The notes: generated by a model from the letters alone, not told the origin. A stretch of DNA of 63,042 nt, filler included, from Chiloscyllium plagiosum (GCF_004010195.1; 5 parts of one record of this genome joined end to end with filler, not necessarily neighbours in it), one strand, 5' to 3'; positions 36,701 to 49,075 are shown, numbered from the whole stretch's first letter. Translations and numbers: made by a program.

Positions 36701-39700
36701 TTGCAGTATTACTGTCCCAATCTATTCATCAAAGGACATCACATCACATTCCTCTGCATTAACCTTTGTTTGCCACTTGTTGACCCACCACCACCACCCT
36801 CTGTCTTCTACCTTTGAGCCAATTCTGTATCCAAATGGCTAGTTCTCCCTGTATTCCATGAGATCTAACCTTGCTAATCAGTCTCCCATGGGGAACCTTG
36901 TCGAACCATCCTGTCCCTCAGGATTCCCTCCAACAACTTGCCCACCACCGATGTCAGGCTCACTGGTCTATAATTCCCTGGCTTGTCTTTACTGCCCTTC
37001 CTAAACAGTGGCGCCACGTTTGCCAACCTCTAGTCTTCCGGCACCTCACCTGTGACTATCGATGATACAAATATCACAGCAAGATATAGCCATGTCAAAT
37101 GGTTTTGTTATAATCTAGAATGTTTTGCCTGAACAGGATGTCCTGATAAATGAGAAGAGAATTGTTTTCTCGCAGTGAGTGTTTGCAACCTGGAATTCAC
37201 TGCCTCAGAGCATGACTTTCAAGAGGGAACTGGGTTATTATCTGAAAATGCTGAAGATGCAGGCTTATGGGGACAAGGCAGGAGAGTGTCACGGAGTGGA
37301 ATGCTCATTCAGACAGGACGGGTTGAACAGCCTCCTCCTGTTCTGTAACAATTCAATGATTCTGTGAAACTGGATCTAAATAATTAACAGCACACAGGAA
37401 TGTAGAAAGATACGTGGACCATCGTGTCAGCAGCTGGAGAACAAGGGCTATCTAGCTGATTCCCAATTTGTCTGTAGCCCTGTACTTATGGAATTTCAAG
37501 TGTAGAGTTAAGTGCTTTCTAAACGTAGTTAGAACAGGCAATGTTGCACATGTCTATCACTAATGGGAGGAATCATGGAAATGGGTAAAGAATCAGTGAT
37601 TTACAGCCCATTCTGAACAACAGTCACTGTGTCACATCAAGGAGCCTGAGTAAAACTGGAATCAGAGGGCATCAGGGCAAACTCTCTGCTGGTTGGAGTC
37701 ATACCTGGTACAGAGGAAGATGTATGTGGTTGTTGGAGGTCAGTCATCTCAGCTCCAGGACATCTCTGCAGGAGTTCCTCAGGATAGTGTCCTAGGCCCA
37801 ACCATCGTCAGCTGCTTCATCATAAAGTCAGAAGTGAGGATGTTCACTGATGATTGCACAATGCTCAGCACCATTCGCAACATCTCTAATACCGAAGATT
37901 ATTCTGTACAGAATATAAAATACCTGTATGGCCCATTTTCCGAATGTTGTATAACGGAGTTCTGATGAATTTATACCAGACTTGAAATGTTAAATCTGTT
38001 TCTGCCTCCACAGATGCTGCTAGACCTGCTGAGTTTCTCCAGAATTCTCAGTGTTTGCCTGTGGATTAATAGTCCAGTGGCCTTGCTATTAAACCAGAGA
38101 GTGAGGAGCTTGGGGAATTCACTATCACAGAAAGCAATGAAGGCCAAAACGTTGTTTAATTTCAAGAAGCCTACAGTATTTGGGACTAAAGTGAGCAAAG
38201 GATTTTGGGGAAGAGTTGGAACAGGCTAAGGAATAGAGCTAACTCCTGCATCTGCATATCTGGAAAAAGATTCTCACACCTTATATTTTCTGCAGCCTGT
38301 GGACCCTTTGACTGAGGTGAAAGTTTGGTACAGTTCATTGCTGGAACCAGTCTTTTAACTGGGAGACTATTACACTATAGCTTCCACATGGTTCTGACTG
38401 ACTAGGAGACTCTTTGGCTCTCACTGCCGAAATATCAGAAGTATTTGTAAGGTGCAAATCTACTGAATAGTGAAAGTGCCTTCCTAAAGTGGGTTTCGAG
38501 CCTGGAATGAGTTCACTCAAAGGCAACAGCATTACCCTGAGACCTCCCACTTAGCTCTTTAAACAAATATGGATACGCTATGTAAGAGTAGAAAGATTAA
38601 CATTCACTAGATTACTGAGTCAGCTGGATGTGTGGTAGAGACTTACAAGAATCTTAGGTCGAAATTTTCCAATCGTATTGGAGTTATACATCGAAGAATT
38701 GACTTGAGCAAGTGCATTTTCATTTCCTGGTAAAGAATAAAGCAGAAATCTGGCAATTACAGGTCAGTTAACCTAATGCTCAGTGGGGAAAATGCTTGAA
38801 GACATCATGCAGCATCTGATAAAGGGCATATCGAAAGCACAGGAGTCATAGGGAGCAGTCAGCATGGATTTCAAAGTAATAGGACAGGTCTCAAAAAAGC
38901 TATTTGAATTGGTTTCAGATTTAGCTTAGCATGGGGTACAGGGCAATTCAGGAAATGCAGTTTCCCTGGATTTTTAAACAAAATCTCATTGGTGAAAGAT
39001 TCACGTGCTAGACAAGAAAAAGAGATTAATGCTGATGGAGCAGCTGATAAGTGTTCCACATTGAATGAGAATTGGTTTCAACAGAACAGAGAGCAGCGTG
39101 AGAAATAGAAATGACAGTAACAGAGATTTGTTACAGTGCAGAAGGAGGCCATTCAGCCCATCATGCCTGTGCTAGTTCTATCCCCTACCACCAATCTCCT
39201 GCCTTTTCCCCATCTCCTTACTCACTATTTCTGTCCAAGTTACCATCTAGTGCCCCTCTTGAATCCCTCAGTTGAACCTGTCTCCACCACATTTCCGGGC
39301 ACCCTAATTATTCACCGACTGAAAACGAATTCACTCACATCGCCCTTGCTTCTTTTGCTCATCACTTTAAATCTAAATTTAAATGGAGTAGGCTTCACTT
39401 GGTAAAAGAGATAAAGGTATTTTTATTCCTATGTGTGATGGTGAATATCTTTATCATTTATTGCCTGTCCACAGGCAATATACACACAGCATTTCACAGG
39501 GTCTGCTCTATGGATACATGACTTTACAGCTCATTCACAGCAGTCCCACAATTAATAATTTTAACTGATAATTACAGAAACGTGCACAAGAAATATCATA
39601 GTCCAGGAAAATAATGAGCTGCTCCTCCAATCAAAGATACTTTCTCTCTCTTGTTGGTCAGCCTATCAGCAACAAATGCAGAAAAGTATGTGATTGGAGG

Positions 39701-39707
39701 AGCCACA

Positions 39708-40224
39708 AGGAGCCTGAGGCCTGGAGCCGTGAGGAGCCTGAGGCCTGGAGCCGTGAGGAGCCTGAGGCCTGTTGCTGTGAGGAGCCTGAGGCCTGTTGCC
39801 GTGAGGAGTCTGAGGCCTAGAGCCGTGAGGAGCTTGAGGCCTGGAGCCGTGAGGAGCCTGAGGCCTAGAGCCGTGAGGAGCCTGAGGCCTAGAGCCGTGT
39901 GGATTTTGACTGGAACCATGAGGAGTCTGAGGGCTGGAGCCGTGCGAAGCCTGAGGCCTGGAGTCATGAGGAGCTTGAGGCCTGGAGCTGTGACGAGCCT
40001 GAGGCCTGGAGCTGTGACGAGCCTGAGGCCTGGAGGTGTGTGGAGCCTGAGGCCTGGAGGTGTGAGGAGCCTATGGCCTGGAGATGTGAGGAGCCTGAGG
40101 CCTGGAGTCATGAGGACCTTGCGGCCTGGAGCCGTGAAGATCCTGTGGCCTGGAGCCGTGAGGATCCTGAGGCCTGGAGCACTTAAGAGCTTGAGGCCTG
40201 GAATCTGAGGGCTGGAGCCGTGAG
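39708..40224. repeat. 24-bp minisatellite (AGGAGCCTGAGGCCTGGAGCCGTG)n, about 21 units
   Basis: Directly visible. It explains the (RSLRPGAV)n ORFs. Confidence 0.95.
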
Positions 40225-41529
40225 TAAAGTTCCATGGATTATTTCCTTAACATTAAAGAGGACAAAGTAAGACATTGACGGTGAGTGGAGTAGGAGAGGT
40301 GAGGGAAATGGTTTAGACGGGGACCTGTTGGGATGAGAGGGAAAGGAAGGAATAAGAGAGAGAGAAAGAGGGAAAGGGATACGATTGCAGGAGTGGGAAA
40401 GCAGGCTGTAAGAGAGGGGAACTCCAGGCTGAAAGTTGACTCACTCTGAGTACTATTTTCATGTGAATTCTGCTCAGGCCAGTTTGGAGTGTGCTGTACC
40501 AGGCGGTAACACAAGACCAGGGTTAGCTAAACCTAACTCCTCAGTTCAGGCCCAGCCGCCATTCCCTGTTCTGTTGAGGTTGAATTGGGGCTGATCCTTT
40601 TTCCTCTCTCTCTTGAGCTCTGTTTCTTAGACAAAACAGGACAAATTGGCTTCATTTTTAAGTTTAGCTGCTTTGGACTTTTTAATGGTCAATTCCGTTC
40701 ATTAGTCATTTAAATGATCAATTTGCTGCTGTTGACCTTTTTTCGATGAAGTTCACGTTTATTGTTGTGGTAACATTTGTTTTTGTGAGGTTTGTTCCCT
40801 CCCCCTCCCCACCCTATCGGTTATGGGGATTGTGGATTGCACTGTAACAGCTGTAATTATCCCCCGCTTGGCCAATCACTCCATGTCCATTTGTAGAAAG
40901 TGCTTCAAACAAAACCATGGAGACCATTTATTCACAAAGATCCTGACTTAGATTGGAGGGAATCTGCCCCCCCTTACCTGGTCTGACTTACATGTGACTC
41001 CAGACTCACAGCAATGTGGTGGGCTCATAACTACCCTCTGAGATGCCCGGGCAGGTCACTCAGTTCAAGGGCAGTTGAGGATGAACCAGAAAGGTTCACT
41101 TTTCCAACAATATCCAATCCCCTGAGAGAATAAAGTAAAACAAATTGGAGGTAGTTTAATAGCATGGATGTAAGATTGGCTAACAAATGGAAAACCGAGA
41201 GCTGAGATAAGGGCAGCATTTTCAAAGATGGTAATCTGTAACTAATGAGGTGCCATAGGGATCAGTGCTGGGGTGACAACACACACATTAATGTACATCG
41301 CTGAGGGTCTGTCAGGCAGGACAGACTGCGTAAGGATGGCAGTTTCTTTCCACAAAGGACTTTAGTGAACCAGATGGGTTTCTTTTCCTACAGATCAACA
41401 ATGCTTTTGTGGTCACCATTAGACTCTTGATTGCTGGTTTTTTTTTCTTATTGAATTTGAACTGCACCGTCTGCTGTGGAAGGATTTGAACACAAGTCTT
41501 CACATCCCCCAACTTCACCATTGGTCCCT

Positions 41530-41930
41530 GATCAAGCAATGTGTTGACTTCAAAATGTCCACCCTTCCCTCAGCAGCCTCCCCTCACCCCACTCATGCCC
41601 ACCATCACTATGAGAGCTCCCAGTCAGTATTCTCAGCCAGCTCCACAATTCCCCAATACCAGGGTCTGATGGATTCCCCATTCCCATCACTTCACGATTC
41701 CCAGCCACATCTCCAGCTGACTCAAACTCTGGATTTCTCCCCGAAACATCATGGATTTTTCACTTCTCTCCCTATTTCAAGTTGACCATCTCTGACCAGT
41801 TGTTTTGTTATCTGTCCTATTCTCTTCTATGGCTCAGTATCAACATTGTTTTCTGGTAATTGCCATTCTGTTTCAACCATGAGATGTTATACAATATGGC
41901 AGGCACTATATCAATGTACATTGTAGTTGT
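41530..41930 (+). mobile_element. L2-like LINE 3' remnant
   Basis: C/T-rich body ending aggcactatatcaatgtacattgtagttgt, an L2-type tail. Confidence 0.45.
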
Positions 41931-42149
41931 GAGGTGAAAGGGTGCACACATTGTTTGGGTGAGAGGATAGTTTTGTGCCGTTTAACCCACTGCCAGCTCA
42001 GGCTCTGTGACAGACGAGATGTTGCTGGTGGTACGTTCAGCTGTTCTCAGTGTGGATCCTCTTGAGGATCAGAGACTGAGGCTGTCAGCTTCCAATCTTA
42101 ACACAAGGAGAATAAACCGCAGGCCTAACACTGCAACAGAACATTCAAG

Positions 42150-45100
42150 GAGTACCGCACTGTCAGAGGGTCAGTGCTGAGGGAGTGTTGCACTGTCGGA
42201 GGGTCAGTGCTGAGGGAGTGTTGCACTGTCGGAGGGACAGTGCTGAGGGAGTGCCGCACTGTCACAGGGTCATCGCTGAGGGAGTGTTGCACTGTCGGAG
42301 GCTCAGTGCTGAGGGAGTGACACAATGTCAGAGGATCAATGCTGAGGGAGTGCCGCACTGTCAGAGGGTCAGTGCCGAGGGAGCGCCGCACAGTCGGAGG
42401 GCCAGTACTGAGTGAGTGCTGCACTGTCGGAGGGTCAGTGCTGAGGAAGTGACACAATGTCAGAGGATCAATGCTGAGGGAGTGCCGCACTGTCAGAGGG
42501 TCAGTGCCGAGGGAGCGCCGCACAGTCGGAGGGCCAGTACTGAGTGAGTGCTGCACTGTCGGAGGGTCAGTGCTGAGGGAGCACTGCACTGTTGGGGGGT
42601 CAGTGCTGAGGAAGCGCCGCACTGTCGGGGGGTCAGTGCTGAGGGAGCACCGCACTGTTGGAGGGTCAGTGCTGAGGGAGTGGGCACTGTCGGAGGGTCA
42701 GTGCTGAGGGAGCACCGCACTGTCGGAGGGTCAGTGCTGAGGGAGTGGGCACTGTCGGAGGGTCAGTGCTGAGGGAGNNNNNNNNNNNNNNNNNNNNNNN
42801 NNNNNNNNNNNNNNNNNNNNNTTAATTAATTAANNNNNNNNNNNNNNNNNNNNNNNNNNNNNNNNNNNNNNNNNNNNGCCGCACTGTCGGAGGGTCAGTG
42901 CTGAGTGAGAGTCGCACAGTCGGAGGATCAGTGCTGATGGAGTGTTGCACTGTCGGAGGGTCAGCGCTGTGGGAGTGCCGCACTGTCGGAGGGTCAGTGC
43001 TGAAGGAGAGCCGCTCTGTCGGAGCGTCAGTGCTGAGGGAGTGGGCACTGTCAGAGGGTCAGTGCTGAGGGAGTGGGCACTGTCAGAGGGTCAGTGTTGA
43101 GGAGGCACCGCACTGTCGGAAGGTCAGTGCTGAGGGAGTGCCGCACTGTTGGAGGGTCAGTGCTGAGGGAGCGCCGCACTGTCGGAGGGTCAGTGCTGAG
43201 GGAGTGCCGTACTGTCGGAAGGTCAGTGCTGAGGGAATGCAGCACTGTCAGAGGGTCAGTGCTGAGGGAGCGCCACACAGTCGGAGGCTCAGTGCTGAGG
43301 GTGTGCTGCACTGTCGGAGGCTCAGTGCTGAGGGAGTGCCGCACTGTCGGAGGGTCAATGCTGAGAGAGTGCCGCATTGTCAGAGGGCCAGTGCTGGGGG
43401 AGCACTGCACTGTCGGAGGGTCAATGCTGAGGGAGTGCCGCATTGTCAGAGGGTCAGTGCTGAGGGAGCGCTGCACTGTCGGAGGGTCAATGCTGAGAGA
43501 GTGGGCACTGTTGGAGGGTCAGTGCTGAGGGAGCGCCAACTGTCGGAGGGTCAGTGCTGAAGGAGCTCTGCAATGTCGGAGGGTCAATGCTGAGGGAGTG
43601 CTGTGCTGTCAGAGGGACAGTGTTGAGGAGGCGCCGCACTGTCGGAAGGTCAGGGCTGAGGGACGCCTCACCTGTCAGAGGGTAGGTGCTGAGGGAGTAC
43701 TGCACTGGCAGAGGGCCAGTGCTGAGGGAGAGTCACACTGTCGGAGGATCAGTGCTGAGTAAGTGCCGCACTGTCGGAGGGTCAGTGCTGAGAGAGTGCA
43801 ACACTGTCGGAGGGTCAGTGCTGAGGGAGTGACGCACTGTCGGAGGGTCAGGGCTGATGGAGCGCCTCACTGTCAGAGGTTCAGTGCAGAGGGAGTGGGC
43901 ACTGTCGGAGGGTCAGTGCTGAGGGAGTGCCGCACTGTCAGAGGGTCAGTGCTGAAGGAACTCTGCAATGTCAGAGGGTCAGTGCTGGGGGAGTGCCGCA
44001 CTGTCGGAAGGTCAGGGCTGAGGGAGCGCCTCACTGTCAGAGGGTAGGTGCTGAGGGAGTACTGCACTGGCAGAGGGTCAGTGCTGAGGGAGCATTGCAC
44101 TGTTGGAGGGTCAGTGCTGAGGGAGCGCCGCACTGTCGGAGGGTCAGTGCTGAGGTAGTGCCACACTGTCGGAGGGTCAGTGCTGCGGGAGTGCCGCACT
44201 GTCGGTGGATCAGTACTGAGGAGGTGGGGCAGTGTCGGAGGGTCAGTGCTGAAGGAGTGGGGCACTGTCAGAGGGTCAGTGCTGAGGGAGTGCTGTGCTG
44301 TCAGAGGGACAGTGTTGAGGAGGCGCCGCACTGTCGGAAGGTCAGGGCTGAGGGAGCGCCTCACTGTCAGAGGGTAGGTGCTGAGGGAGTACTGCACTGG
44401 CAGAGGGCCAGTGTTGAGGGAGTGCCACACTGTCGGAGGGTCAGTGCTGAGGGAGTGCCGCACTGTCGGAGGAACAGTGCTGAGGGAGCGCCGCACTGTT
44501 AGAGGGTCAGTGCTGAGGGAGAGTCGCACTGTCAGAGGGTCAGTGCTGAGGGAGTGTTGCACTGTCGGAGGGTCAATGTTGAGGGAGTGTTGCACTGTCG
44601 GAGGGTCAGTGCTGAGTGAGAGTCGCACTGTCGGAGGGTCAGTGCTGAGGGAGTGTTGCACTGTCGGAAGGTCAGCGCTGAGGGAGTGCCGCACTATCGG
44701 AGGGTCAGTGCTGAGGGAGTGGGGCACTGTCGGAGGGTGAGTGCTGAGGGAGCGCCGCACCGTCGGAGGGTCAGTGCTGAAGGAGAGCCGCTCTGTCGGA
44801 GCGTCAGTGCTGAGGGAGTGGTCACTGTCAGAGGGTCAGTGCTGAGGGAGTGGGCAATGTCAGAGGGTCAGTGCTGAGGGAATGCCGCACTGTCAGAGGG
44901 TCTGTGCTGAGGGAGCGCCGCACTGTCAGAGGGCCAGTGCTGAGGGAGTGCAGCACTGTAGGAGGCTCAGTGCTGAGGGAGTGCCGCACTGTCGGAGGGT
45001 CAGTACTCTGGGAGCGCCAACTGTCGGAGGGTCAGTGCTGAGGGAGTGCCGCACTGTTAGAGGGTCAGTGCTGAGGGAACTCTGCAATGTCAGATGGTCA

Positions 45101-46412
45101 GTGCTGGGGGAGTGCCGCACTGTCGGAAGGTCAGTGCTGAGGGAGCGCCTCACTGTCAGAGGGTAGGTGCTGAGGGAGTACTGCACTGGCAGAGGGTCAG
45201 TGCTGAAGGAGCGTTGCACTGTTGGAGGGTCAGTGCTGAGGGAGTGCCGCACTGGCGGAGGGTCAGTGCTGAGGGAGTAGGCACTGTCGGAGGGTCAGTG
45301 CTGAGGGAGAGTCACACTGTCGGAGGATCAGTACTGAGGGAGTGCCACACTGTCGGAGGGTCAGTGCTGCGGGAGGGCCGCACTGTCGGAGGATCAGTAC
45401 TGAGGAGGTGGGGCACTGTTGGAGGGTCAGTGCTGAAGGAGTGGGGCACTGTCGGAGGGTCAGTGCTGAAGGAGAGCCGCACTGTCAGAGGATCACTACT
45501 CAGGGAGTGGTGTACTGTTGGAGGGTCAGTGCTGAAGGAGTGCCGCACTGTTGGAGGGTCAGTGCTGAGTGAGAGCCGCACTGTCGGAGGGTCAGTGCTG
45601 AGGGAGCTCTATATTGTCGGGGGGTCAGTGCTGAGGCAGTACCGCACTGTCAGAGGGTCAGTGCTGAGGGAGCTCTATATTGTCGGAGGGTCAGTGCTGA
45701 GGGACTGTTGAACTGCCAGAGGGTCAGTGCTGAGGGAGTGCCGCACTGTCGGAGGGTCAGTGCTGAGGGACTGTTGAACTGCCAGAGGGTCAGTGCTGAG
45801 GGAGTGCCGCACTGTCGGAGGGTCAGTGCTGAGGGAGCGCCGCACTGTCGGAGGGTCAGTGCTGAGGGAGTGCCGCACTGCCAGAGGGTCAGTGCTGAGG
45901 GAGCGCCGCTCTGTCGGAGGGTCAGTGCTGATGGAGCGCCGCACTGTCAGAGGGTCAGTGCTGAGGGAGCGCCGCACTGTCAGAGGGTCAGTGCTGAGGG
46001 AGTGGGCACTGTCGGAGGGTCAGTGCTGAGGGAGTGCCGCACTGTCGGAGGGTCAGTGCTGAGGGAGTGGGCACTGTCGGAGGGTCAGCGCTGAGGGAGC
46101 GCCCGCACTGATGGAGACTCTGTGCTGAGGGCATGCCACACTTTCGGAGGGTCAGTGCTGAGGGAGCACCGCACTGTCAGTGGGTCAGTGCTGAGGGAGT
46201 GGGCACTATCGGAGGGTCAGCGCTGAGGGAGCGCCGCACGGTTGGAGGGTCAGTGCTGAGGGAGCGCCGCACTGTCGGGGGGTCAGTGCTGAGGGAGTGC
46301 CACACTGTCGGAGGGTCAGTGCTGAGGGAGCGCCACACTTTCGGACGGTCAGTGTTGAGGGAGAACCGCACTGTCGGAGGGTCAGTGCTGAGGGAGAACC
46401 GCACTGTCGGAG
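42150..46412. repeat. 33-bp satellite array 5 (G-rich strand on +), about 4.2 kb, higher-order structure, gap inside
   Basis: More than 120 units. Preceded by a SINE-head-like stretch (42085-42150) and followed by a decayed Deu-SINE tail (46415-46590). Confidence 0.97.
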
Positions 46413-47113
46413 TGTTTGTCTGTGGTATGTGCAATGAAAGCAAAGCTTCAGTTTTAGAATGGTTTTGGCAGTCATTACTAATGTTATGGTCAATATTTGT
46501 CACTACAACAGAGTGCGTCGTCTTTAGGACATTGCTGTGTGCACGTGGGAATTGGCTGCTGCATTTCAGATGTTACAACCGTGAGTATGATCTAAATAGA
46601 CATTGCTTTTAATATCATGTTGATATGTTGTGTAATACATTGCCATAGAGCCAGTTCGTGGCTATTTTCAAAAGGGAGTGGGATAAATGATTGGAGAACA
46701 AAGATTTGCTGGGCTTGTGGATTATGAGGATAGAGTGTGGAAGAGCAGGGAGGAGTGGGATTAATCGATGGCTTCTTCAATGACCCAACATGGAATATGA
46801 TGGACCAAAGCCTCTCCCCCTGTGTTACAACATTCCACGAGTCTCTGGTTTTTAAACCACTTGGCCAGAAATACACTTTCCAAAATAACAGGCAAGGGAA
46901 AATAAAAATCCCAAAACAAAAGTGATTTTGGAGAAACACACAGCAGAATACTGCGAGGCCTGACCAGTTACCATGGGCAACGCTGCAGATCAACTCTGCT
47001 TTGGAATGTTTGGCCTGTGGGATTAATATAAATGCGGGTGGAATGAGTGAGGTTGAGCCTGGGGAAGTGATGTCGATGTGGGTGGAAACAGCGAGGCTGA
47101 CCCAGGGGAGCGA

Positions 47114-47136
47114 TGTGTGTGTGTGTGTGTGTGTGT
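47114..47136. repeat. (TG)n microsatellite
   Basis: Directly visible. Confidence 0.9.
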
Positions 47137-47949
47137 AACAGAGCTCGCATATTGACAAGAGATCCTGCCTTAGTTATTCAAGTTTATTCAACTTTCCTCT
47201 CGTGAGGTTGCACAAAATAATAGAACAAGTGCAGCAAACTCTAGAGGGTGCATCAGGGAGACACTGTGAGGTTTAAGGATAAAAGAGGAATAAAGCGTTT
47301 GGCAGGCCATGCATCCTGTGTTGACACAGACCCCCGAGCTAGGTTTCACTCTCCCCCCCCCTGCGGGACGGAGTATTTGAGGGTGAGGAGGGGTCTTCAC
47401 TGTCAATAGAGTTGAGTCCTTGGCCCCACTCCTTTCCAATCTGACTCCCATGTGACAGCCAGGCATCAGGGAGCCCGCAGTCTCCTGAGGTCCTTTGGAG
47501 AATCCAGTAAAGCACCACGTCAAACGTCTCATTCAACCTCTATCACAAACTTGGGTCTTGTGTTGAGTGGGGTTGGGTGGCGGTGTGGGGTGGTGGGGTC
47601 GGGAGGAGAGGGGAATGTCACAAAATGACGCCCAGTGGTGCTTGGTGGGTGGGGCCTGGAGGGGAGGGGAATGTTACAAGATAACACCTAGTGGTACTTG
47701 GAAACGAGGTGCTGGTTATACTGGGCTGTCCGTTTGAGGTGGGTCAGAGCAGCGCGCCCCATTCACTGGCTTTACTGTTTGTCACTGTTTGGTGGCTGTT
47801 GCTGCATGGAATTTGGGAGTTGGGGGTGAGGGGTGTGGGGTGACAGGGGCAGGGGTGGGCATGAATGCTCAGTACCTCCTTCAGGGTGCCCCATAGGTTG
47901 CCCTACCCATTGTTTTGTCGCATATTCTCAGATTGGGCTTGTTTATACA

Positions 47950-48245
47950 TACAAACATAGACACCAGGAGCAGGAATAGGCCCTTTGGACCTGCTCCTCT
48001 ATTCAATATGATCATGGCTGATCATCCAACTCAGTCCCCTGTTCCCACTTTCTCCTCCTTGATCCCTTTAGCCCTAAGAACTGTATCTAACTCCTTCTTG
48101 AAAACAATTACTATTTTGGTCTCAACCACTTTCTGTAACAGAGAATTGCACAGGCTCCCCACTCTCTGGGTGAGGACATTTCTGCTCATCTCAGTCCGAA
48201 ATGGCCCACCCCATATCCTGAGACTGTGACCCCCACGTTCTGGAA
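47950..48245 (-). mobile_element. CR1 LINE 3' end
   Basis: ORF 48031-48303 gives GHSLRI.G.PFRTEMSRNVLTQRV..FKKELD. Confidence 0.8.
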
Positions 48246-48509
48246 TGTTAAGCTCCCAGAGATGTTCAGCTTCAGTCCAGGATCTTGCTATGCAAGAGCT
48301 CATTCCTAAACATCTTACACAACATTACCTCCTGTCCAGAGATGGGCACGTGACATTGCATTATCATCATCACAAATACTTTTCCTGTTAACCCATTAAT
48401 CTACAAACCCGCCCCACGCCCAAGAGCCCCCGACCCAAAGATGCTGCACACTATTCACCACACAGGTTCATCGAGACACCACCAGCCTGTATACCCCCAC
48501 TCCAGAGTT

Positions 48510-48895
48510 TCTGACAGTGCTGCACTCCATCAGCACTGACTCTTTGACAGTGCGGCGCTCCCTCAGCATTGACCCTCTGACAGTGTGGCGCTCCCTCAGC
48601 ATTGACCCTCTGACAGTGTGGTGCTCCCTCAGCACTGACCCTCCGACAGTGTGGTGCTCCCTCAGCACTGACCCTCTTACAGTGCTGCACTCCCTCAGCA
48701 CAGACCCTCCGACAGTGCGGCACTCCCTCAGCACTGACCCTCTGACAGTGCTACACTCCCTCAGCATTGACCCTCTGACAGTGCGGCGCTCCCTCAGCAC
48801 TGACCCTCTGACAGTGCGGCACTCCCTCAGCACTGACCCTCTGACAGTGCCTGCTCCCTCAGCACTGACCCTCTGACAGTGCTGCACTCCCTCAG
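48510..48895. repeat. 33-bp satellite array 6 (C-rich strand on +)
   Basis: About 12 units. It continues into a SINE head on the minus strand (gcactg..ctggagtgggttatgaatccc, 48896-49005). Confidence 0.95.
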
Positions 48896-49075
48896 GCCTG
48901 CACTGTGGGTGTGTGTTGGATGATGGGCTCAGGTACCTGGAGTGGGTTATGAATCCCCCCCACCGGCTGGGTTTCGAGGTGAGGGTGTTCTCTCTGAGAC
49001 ACTGACACTGTGACCAGGAGCTGAGGGTGGTTGTACTGAGCACGAATCCTTCACATTCAATCTGCATCCTCCCTC

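Noticed and set aside
39596..40208. (RSLRPGAV)n and (APGLRLLT)n ORFs
   Set aside because: They are translations of the 24-bp minisatellite, with no recognisable domain or splice context.
42150..46412. 33-bp arrays as CRISPR arrays
   Set aside because: The units are head-to-tail with no unique spacers, there are no cas genes, and the context is vertebrate.
7921..48876. Many ORFs of the (CRRVSAEGVPH)n, (VGGSVLRECRT)n and (STDPPTVRHSL)n type
   Set aside because: They follow from a 33-bp (11-codon) unit that lacks stops in some frames. They overlap on both strands and show no gene structure.
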